DNA of 50,730 nt from Mageeibacillus sp. UBA5442 (GTDB taxonomy: Bacteria; Bacillota; Clostridia; Saccharofermentanales; DTU023): the NCBI GenBank assembly GCA_002427475.1, contig DIRG01000053.1, positions 1 to 50,730 on the forward strand, read 5' to 3'. How positions within the stretch are numbered: the first letter of the stretch is position 1; each line of letters starts with the position of its first letter. This document shows, one piece after another, positions 44,411 through 50,730 of this stretch. Made by a program: the position numbers and the translations under genes. The notes under the pieces were generated by a model, which was not told the DNA's origin, did no database searches, and was given only the letters and a program-made list of their open reading frames with translations.

Positions 44411-46328
44411 TAACTGCCTTCTTTCTGCGGCGTCTCAGCCTAATTACGATAAATCTAATTAAAAGCACCAGCAATACCACAATGAGTAGGACCAAGAGGA
44501 TAATTACGATAGCAATCGAATTTATTTGTCTGAAGATCCGGGTGAGGCTGAGGCTATCATCCAGAATTTTGCGATTTTGAGCTTGTGCGTACTCAGTAGG
44601 AATGGTGGGAACACCATCAACCTTTTCAAAGGATTGCATATACGAGGCAAGGGCGAACCATTCCTTGACTTCCCTGCCCTCGCTATCGTGCAGAATTGTA
44701 TCATTGTAGTCAGTTACTATATTGCCGTCAGCATCCTTTAGCTCCAGAGACAAGAGCCCTTTGGACATATCCATAACTGCTCCCAACATCTGAGCAGAAT
44801 ATAGGTCTGCGACAATGCGATACAATTTGTCGTCCTGAATGTCCACAAGTTGGCCGTCGGAAGCTATCAATCTAACATCTGTCGCTCGATTGAAAATAAT
44901 GCGGTTCGGATTGAATTGATAACTCAGGCCTGCAGAATAGAGCTGAGCAGATTCAAAGATTGGTGTAATAGATGCGTCAATCTCCGCCAAAGTCTTCAAT
45001 TCTTTGCCGGTGAGATAAACACTAGCCAGTGGATAGCCGGGAATTCCGTCTGCCCCCATACCAAGAGACATAACTTCGTAGATATCGGAAATTGTCAACG
45101 GTCCCTGATTAAAGCTGGCTCGGATGATCCCTACAGGAACGACTGAAACATCGATCGGCACATGACTGTCGCCTTCGGCCTCTTTCGTCGCATAAATAAT
45201 AGCATCGGAAATGAGGTTTCCTATGGCCTGGTCGGCATGGGTTTCATTCATCTCCCTCAAACCGGTAAAAAGATACGGATTGTAGGCAATAATCTGATCA
45301 TGGCCATCAAAGCCGTAATCCTGCAAGAATTCATTCACATAAACTCTGTACTCATCGATTTGCTCCAGTGTATCTGCGTCAGCCGGAATTGTTTCATCTA
45401 TTGCGATTAAATCGTAGTCCTTCAAATCCCAGCGGCCTGTCTCGCTCTGGACCAAATCAATCTTTCCAACATGGCCACCGTATTCACCACAGCTGACAAT
45501 ATAAGTTTCATTGACAACAATAGGCTCTTCAAGTAATGAATGTGTATGCCCGCTGACAATCACATCTATCTCAGGTACTTCCTTAGCAAGGATCTCATCT
45601 TCAGATACTTTCGAGTCAGCCCAGGTTCCGGAATGCGAGAGGCAGACGATTATATCGGGCTCTTCCTCTTCTTTGATTGTGCTGATGGTTTTCTTCGCCT
45701 GCTCAACGATGTTAGTAAAAACCACATCACTGTTAGGCGCACTCTTAGCAGCATCGTCGCCCAGCACACCAAAGAGGGCAACTCTGACATCGCCCTTTTC
45801 CATTATGAGATATTCTTTTGCACCGAAGTCTTGCATGCTTGATTCCAGCTGTTTAGCATTCGCACTGGGAGAATTGGCAAAGTCGATATTTGATATTACT
45901 ATTTCCGGCGTACGTTCCTTGCTTTTGCGAGCAGAATCTAACATCTCAGCCAAACCCTGACTGCCATAATCAAATTCGTGATTGCCGAAAGTTGTTGCGT
46001 CATAACCTAAGCTGCCCAACATTCTTAATTCGATCGCCTGCTCGGTAAAAACACTTTGGTATAAAGTTCCCATGGAAAAATCACCGGCATCAACTATGAG
46101 GGTGTTCTGCTCTGCGCTGATGGCATCAAAAATCGTTTTCAGCTTCGCAAAACCTCCGACTTCCTTTCTTTCACCAGCGACCTCAAAGGCCTTGGTATCA
46201 AGATATGAATGCAGATCGTGAGTAAAGGCAAGTGTCAATTCTTTCGCATCAGTCTCCGCTAGGACCGGTGCGGCTAACACAAGCAATAAGATCAGGACAG
46301 CCAAACATAGAGATGAGTGTTTTTTCAT
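44403..46328 (-). CDS. Bifunctional metallophosphatase/5'-nucleotidase, secreted with a C-terminal membrane anchor
   Basis: It has a signal peptide, the metallophosphatase motifs THDLHS, DAGDF, GNHEFD and GHTH, a 5'-nucleotidase C-domain, and a C-terminal TM helix followed by RLRRRRKK. I prefer the ATG at 46328 (GGAGG 5 nt upstream). Confidence 0.9.
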   Translation of the reverse strand: MKKHSSLCLAVLILLLVLAAPVLAETDAKELTLAFTHDLHSYLDTKAFEVAGERKEVGGFAKLKTIFDAISAEQNTLIVDAGDFSMGTLYQSVFTEQAIELRMLGSLGYDATTFGNHEFDYGSQGLAEMLDSARKSKERTPEIVISNIDFANSPSANAKQLESSMQDFGAKEYLIMEKGDVRVALFGVLGDDAAKSAPNSDVVFTNIVEQAKKTISTIKEEEEPDIIVCLSHSGTWADSKVSEDEILAKEVPEIDVIVSGHTHSLLEEPIVVNETYIVSCGEYGGHVGKIDLVQSETGRWDLKDYDLIAIDETIPADADTLEQIDEYRVYVNEFLQDYGFDGHDQIIAYNPYLFTGLREMNETHADQAIGNLISDAIIYATKEAEGDSHVPIDVSVVPVGIIRASFNQGPLTISDIYEVMSLGMGADGIPGYPLASVYLTGKELKTLAEIDASITPIFESAQLYSAGLSYQFNPNRIIFNRATDVRLIASDGQLVDIQDDKLYRIVADLYSAQMLGAVMDMSKGLLSLELKDADGNIVTDYNDTILHDSEGREVKEWFALASYMQSFEKVDGVPTIPTEYAQAQNRKILDDSLSLTRIFRQINSIAIVIILLVLLIVVLLVLLIRFIVIRLRRRRKKAVND

Positions 46329-46361
46329 TAAAGCCTCCAAAAATGAGTTTGTGCTACTTTC

Positions 46362-47831
46362 TTAGTCCTTGGTCTTGCCTTTTCCGGACGGTATAGTAGC
46401 CACAATACTGATGATCGCCAACAGGGTCAGGAAAATATTAAAGAACAAAGCTAGAGTCGCAGCATATCGGAGTGAAATATTATCTGTACGTCCTACGATA
46501 TCCGTGTAAAACCCACCTTCACGCGCGAGTGGAGAATCACTAATGCCGGTAAAGATAGCTGAAGAAATGGCGATACCAATCGCCGCTCCTAAAGAAGCAG
46601 CCATTCTGTATATTCCTGAGGCTGAGCCGGATTTTTCTACAGAAATTGAAGACAAAGCCACATCAGCAGACGGTGTAGCATACAGACCGAGACCGATTCC
46701 GAAGAAGGTAAAACCGATAGTAGCCACTATGATGTAATCTGAGGTCATTATATTGGTAAAAGAGTTCATGAATATTCCGAGACCTGTAAAGGCGCTACCG
46801 AGAATCATAGGCAAGCGGGCGCCGCGTTTTTGCAGCATTTTCTCTCCCACCTTAATAGCGATCAAAATGCCCACTGCGTAACCAATTGTCAGATATCCTG
46901 CTTCTAGAGGACTTAAATCCGCCCCAATCTGCACCAAGGACAGAGCAACCGTCAACGAACCCGCAGTAGCATTGAGCATAAAGTTAGAAATAGTAGCTCC
47001 GGTGAAGGTCTTTTCCTTGAATAAATTCAAATCAATAAAAGCATTGTCTTTTTTCGCTTCGATTTTATAGAAAACTACAAGGGCCACAATAGTCAGCAAA
47101 GCCAATCCAATATTAAGAGGATGCAGCCAGCCTCTTTGCCCGCCCTGGCTGATCATAATGTTGATCGCTAATATACCAATTACAAAAGTAACTGCACCCG
47201 GGATGTCGTACGACTGTTTCGCTCTATCTGAAGCTTGCTTACTCTCAGGTACTTTGGCAATTAAAAAGAGAGCAACGATAGCGACTGCAATCGAGGCCCA
47301 ATAGATCCAGCGCCAGCCAACAGTTGATGCCAGAAATCCACCGAAGAGGGAACTTAAAGCAGCTCCGCCCCAAGCACCAACAGAGTAAACGCTAACAGCC
47401 CTCTGTCGAGCTTCTCCTTCGAAATAAATCTTGGTCAGAGCTAGTGCATTAGGCAAAATACAAGCCGCTGATAGACCCTGCACGATCCTGCCTGCAAGAA
47501 GAAATACAGCGGTTCCTTGAGGAGATAGAGCTATCACCAAAGATCCGATCATGCTAAGGAAAAGCCCGATCCTCATTATTTTGAGCTTTCCGACTCTGTC
47601 TCCCAAAGAGCCGAAGACAACTATAAACAAGCCCGAAAATAAAGCTGTCAAACTTACCGCAGTATTAGTAAGCTCGACACTACTACCAAGGTCAAGACGT
47701 ATGGTGGTAGCTGTGTTTAACATTGTCTGAGCAAAAAGACCAAAAGTAAATACAGACAATAATATGCCAATAAGTAATTTAGTATCCCCGCGATATTTGT
47801 GATTCAGTCCGTTAATCTCTGTCATTGTCAT
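46362..47831 (-). CDS. MFS transporter (DHA2/EmrB-QacA-like, about 14 TMS)
   Basis: 489 aa, very hydrophobic, with the G.L.DR.GK motif GSLGDRVGKLK. An alternative start at 47825 has better RBS spacing. Confidence 0.9.
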   Translation of the reverse strand: MTMTEINGLNHKYRGDTKLLIGILLSVFTFGLFAQTMLNTATTIRLDLGSSVELTNTAVSLTALFSGLFIVVFGSLGDRVGKLKIMRIGLFLSMIGSLVIALSPQGTAVFLLAGRIVQGLSAACILPNALALTKIYFEGEARQRAVSVYSVGAWGGAALSSLFGGFLASTVGWRWIYWASIAVAIVALFLIAKVPESKQASDRAKQSYDIPGAVTFVIGILAINIMISQGGQRGWLHPLNIGLALLTIVALVVFYKIEAKKDNAFIDLNLFKEKTFTGATISNFMLNATAGSLTVALSLVQIGADLSPLEAGYLTIGYAVGILIAIKVGEKMLQKRGARLPMILGSAFTGLGIFMNSFTNIMTSDYIIVATIGFTFFGIGLGLYATPSADVALSSISVEKSGSASGIYRMAASLGAAIGIAISSAIFTGISDSPLAREGGFYTDIVGRTDNISLRYAATLALFFNIFLTLLAIISIVATIPSGKGKTKD

Positions 47832-48144
47832 CTCCTATCATTAAGCTAACTCTTCTTCCTCTTCCCTAGAAAACCTAATAAGTAAACAAAAGCAAATTAT
47901 AGCGACCTTTGCTAGTACATTTATATCACAAAAGATAAATAAATATAATTAAATTTGCTTCATATTATTGTTAATATTAGCATGTTTTCAAGAGTTTGAC
48001 ATTTATTAGTCTGGGCTCAGATCATAAAAAGCTCTCTATCCAGCTATATATTACGAATGAAATTTTGCTCCCTTGTTATAATTTTTGAACAAGGGTAGCC
48101 CCAGTTTATACGAAGATTTAACTAAGCAATATCGAAGGAGTCAT

Positions 48145-49623
48145 ATGAATAGCTTTTGCATACAAGATCTGACCGTTCGTGATGGCAATCAATCCCTGCT
48201 CGCAACTCGCATGGAACATAAGGATATTCTACTTCTAGCTTCCGCTTTAGACAAAGTAGGTTTTCATAGTATGGAGGTCTGGGGTGGTGCGACTTTTGAC
48301 TCTTCTTACCGCTTCCTCAATCAGTCTGCTTGGGATAGCCTCCGTGCGATCCGCCAGGCAACTCCAAATACCAAACTCTCCATGCTTCTGCGTGGCCAAA
48401 ACATCGTCGGTTATCGCCACTATGACAATGGCATTCTTGAACGTTTCATACGTTTGAGCATAGAAAACGGAATTGATATCATCCGCTGTTTCGATGCTCT
48501 CAACGATATTAATAACGTTTGCAATGCGTTCAAATACATTAAAGAGCATGGCGCCCACTTGCAAGCCGCTATCGCTTATACAGTTAGTAACGTCCACACA
48601 AACGAATATTACGTTGATCTAGTAAAGCAATATGAGGAACTGGGTGCAGATTCAATTTGCATCAAGGATATGGCAGGAATAATAACGCCTGATAACGCAA
48701 AAGAGCTTGTCTCTTGCCTCAAAGAAGAGACGGATCTGCCCATCAATCTACACTCTCATACCACAGGTGGCAATACTGCTCTAGTCATGCTCGAAGGCAT
48801 AAAAGCCGGGGTTGACTGTGTTGACGGCTGTATTTCGCCTTTTTCAGGCGGGACATCTCACCTTGCCGTCGAGACACTTCTAGCTATTGCAGATCATCTG
48901 GGACGTCCCTACTCAATCAATATCGAAGCTCTATCCGAAGCCTACGAAATTGCTGACAAGCTGGCAGACAAATATATTGCTAGCGGCGACTATCGTACTC
49001 GTTCTTTAATCCCAAATCCTAAAATTTTGGAATATGAATTGCCCGGCGGTATGTTGTCGAATTTACTTAGCCAGCTAGAGGAGCAGAATGCTGCAGATCG
49101 TTTCAACGATGTCTTACAGGAAGTTCCACATGTACGTGAGGACATGGGTTGTCCTCCGCTTGTAACTCCTTTATCGCAGATGGTGGGCAGTCAAGCCGTA
49201 CTAAATGTACAAACAGGCGAACGCTACAAGTTGAGTCCTAATGAAATAAAGACTTATCTTACCGGTGGTTACGGACGTCCTCCCGGAGAGGTTAATCAGG
49301 AAGTACGCACAAAAATTCTGGGGGGCGATCTGCCCTTTACGCCTACTAACCCGAATAAGCTCGAAAGTGAATATGAAAAGAACTACACTTATTTAGAAAA
49401 CCTCTTGAGACGTAGTCCTTTAGAGGAAGAAGTTGTAGCTTATACTATTTTCCCCACTCCTGTTGAAGATTATCTGCGACGTAATCAAGCACAGCCAAGA
49501 GTGCAAGCACTTGTAAATGAGCCTCAAAAGAGAGATGACATTCCTACAGAAATGAAAACTTACCGTGTTTCACTAGAAGGCCAAGACTACATTGTGGAGC
49601 TGGAAGAACTAACTCCGGAGTAA
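48145..49623 (+). CDS. Pyruvate/oxaloacetate carboxyltransferase subunit (OadA / transcarboxylase 5S-like) without a biotinyl domain
   Basis: The ATG at 48145 follows GAAGGAG. It has LTVRDGNQS, an HMGL-like TIM barrel (HSHTTGG) and a PYC_OADA-type region (ELPGGMLSNL). The C-terminus has no AMKM biotinylation motif. Confidence 0.85.
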   Translation: MNSFCIQDLTVRDGNQSLLATRMEHKDILLLASALDKVGFHSMEVWGGATFDSSYRFLNQSAWDSLRAIRQATPNTKLSMLLRGQNIVGYRHYDNGILERFIRLSIENGIDIIRCFDALNDINNVCNAFKYIKEHGAHLQAAIAYTVSNVHTNEYYVDLVKQYEELGADSICIKDMAGIITPDNAKELVSCLKEETDLPINLHSHTTGGNTALVMLEGIKAGVDCVDGCISPFSGGTSHLAVETLLAIADHLGRPYSINIEALSEAYEIADKLADKYIASGDYRTRSLIPNPKILEYELPGGMLSNLLSQLEEQNAADRFNDVLQEVPHVREDMGCPPLVTPLSQMVGSQAVLNVQTGERYKLSPNEIKTYLTGGYGRPPGEVNQEVRTKILGGDLPFTPTNPNKLESEYEKNYTYLENLLRRSPLEEEVVAYTIFPTPVEDYLRRNQAQPRVQALVNEPQKRDDIPTEMKTYRVSLEGQDYIVELEELTPE

Positions 49624-49667
49624 AATAAACTTACTGATCACATCCGTTGATATTGCGACAAATCTAA

Positions 49668-50093
49668 CTAATAGCCCATGTTAACCAACTGCCACTCACC
49701 TTCATCCGCTCGAGCAAAATGCCATTCCCAATTTGGATAAAGCCTGTCTCTCTCGCTTTCTTCCCAAGTACCTACACCGGGTTCAGGAGATCGAAAATCA
49801 CTTAAGAGTAAGAGAAATTGGGTAAATTCAATATCCAAATTTTTCGCATCTGCTACTTGATTTGCACTTGAAATATTCTCATCGTTATTTTCTTCATCAG
49901 AGGTATAACTGATGCTAAGCAATTCAACTCCTTCCCAGGCACCTATCTCATCCTTAACAATTTTCATGCATTCTTCTATATCTGCTTTAGAATAGATTTC
50001 AGACTCTCCGAAATCTATTTCCACATCATCACTGGCTCCACAAGAAGAAAGAAAGATTAGAAAAACCAGCGTCAAAACAATTGCCCTTTTCAT
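49668..50093 (-). CDS. Hypothetical lipoprotein
   Basis: It has a signal peptide with lipobox LSSC. 141 aa, acidic. I recognise no family. Confidence 0.45.
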   Translation of the reverse strand: MKRAIVLTLVFLIFLSSCGASDDVEIDFGESEIYSKADIEECMKIVKDEIGAWEGVELLSISYTSDEENNDENISSANQVADAKNLDIEFTQFLLLLSDFRSPEPGVGTWEESERDRLYPNWEWHFARADEGEWQLVNMGY

Positions 50094-50302
50094 AATTTAC
50101 TCCTTTCAATACACTTATCATTTCATGTACCCTATTGCTCATTTTTTAATATTCCTTTTAATTTTATTTTTATTCTTAAATTTTTCTCATAATTTCAAGA
50201 AAGACATTAATATAAAATCTGATGGCTAATGTACAAAATTTAATATGTTTAATTATAACAGCAATTTTGCACAATCTTTCTTTTTATAGTGCATGATGTC
50301 AC

Positions 50303-50677
50303 CTAATGCTCAGGAGCTCGGTGCAACGTGTCGCAGAGCATAGTCAGGCCCTGTTTGTGATCATAGAGCAAGACTTCCTCAGAAGTTTCATGGAAGCTTT
50401 TCATTTCCTCTTCCAGCCCGGGTATATATGTGAGTTTAGACCAGTCAACCATTGTCAAATTAGTGCTACTTTTCACTGTAGTGGTCTCGTAAAAATTACT
50501 GTCATCAAGCTTCACTGTGGTGTAATTCGTTTCGTCCAACAGCCTGAACTGCTCCTTAGATAGAAGGTACTGTGAAACTCCCAATACAAGAATAGTGCTC
50601 AAAAGTGCCAATAGACAGATTAGCAGCACACTGCGCAAGAGGCGACGCCGGAAGAACCGCTGGCTTAACCAATTCAT
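50303..50677 (-). CDS. Hypothetical N-terminally anchored membrane protein (possibly a fragment of an FtsX/MacB-type permease N-terminus)
   Basis: 124 aa. The N-terminus RFFRRRLLRSVLLICLLALLSTILVLGV resembles the first TM of FtsX-like permeases, but the ORF ends after about 85 ectodomain residues. Confidence 0.3.
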   Translation of the reverse strand: MNWLSQRFFRRRLLRSVLLICLLALLSTILVLGVSQYLLSKEQFRLLDETNYTTVKLDDSNFYETTTVKSSTNLTMVDWSKLTYIPGLEEEMKSFHETSEEVLLYDHKQGLTMLCDTLHRAPEH

Positions 50678-50730
50678 TTTTCATCTCCTGATTAAGGTAA
50701 ATACTGATTCTAGTGGCGGTCTATATTAGT

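Overview
This is about 50.7 kb of densely coding bacterial chromosome. It looks Bacillota/Clostridia-like: it has a T-box leader, an ECF transporter, lipoprotein solute-binding proteins with LxxC lipoboxes, KtrAB, GGAGG-type RBSs, and a GC content that is mid-40s % by eye. I recognised no rRNA, tRNA, CRISPR array, transposase, integrase or prophage genes.

Gene order:
- A heterodimeric ABC exporter pair (first gene cut by the window edge).
- An orphan Wzz/Wzc-like membrane protein.
- A DUF1349-like protein and an isochorismatase-family hydrolase.
- A minus-strand nucleoside-salvage operon: BMP lipoprotein, double ATPase, two permeases, two IUNH nucleoside hydrolases and an FMN-binding-domain protein.
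- Small accessory genes (flavodoxin-like reductase, GNAT, DUF4256, GIY-YIG, double-CDGSH Fe-S protein, MBL hydrolase, PgpA/YutG-like), interspersed with a repeated 15-nt palindrome.
- A Phe T-box leader followed by pheS-pheT.
- A FecBCD/BtuCDF-type ABC importer followed by a degenerate aldehyde:ferredoxin-oxidoreductase-like protein and a Tyr phosphatase.
- An enoate reductase plus two-subunit aconitase-X operon.
- KtrB plus an RCK_C-less KtrA.
- A radical SAM protein and a lipoprotein.
- The most unusual locus (35.0-44.1 kb): a dedicated ECF importer (S, fused A1A2, T) co-oriented and tightly packed with five tandem, diverged paralogs of the SAM hydroxide adenosyltransferase / fluorinase / chlorinase (DUF62) family. 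One paralog is motif-degenerate and one is truncated to the N-domain. The locus ends in an AraC regulator and faces a divergent GntR/HutC regulator.
- A DUF1858 protein, a membrane-anchored 5'-nucleotidase and an MFS transporter.
- An orphan biotin-less carboxyltransferase and two small hypothetical proteins.

All functional calls rest on motif recognition by eye. No database search was run.
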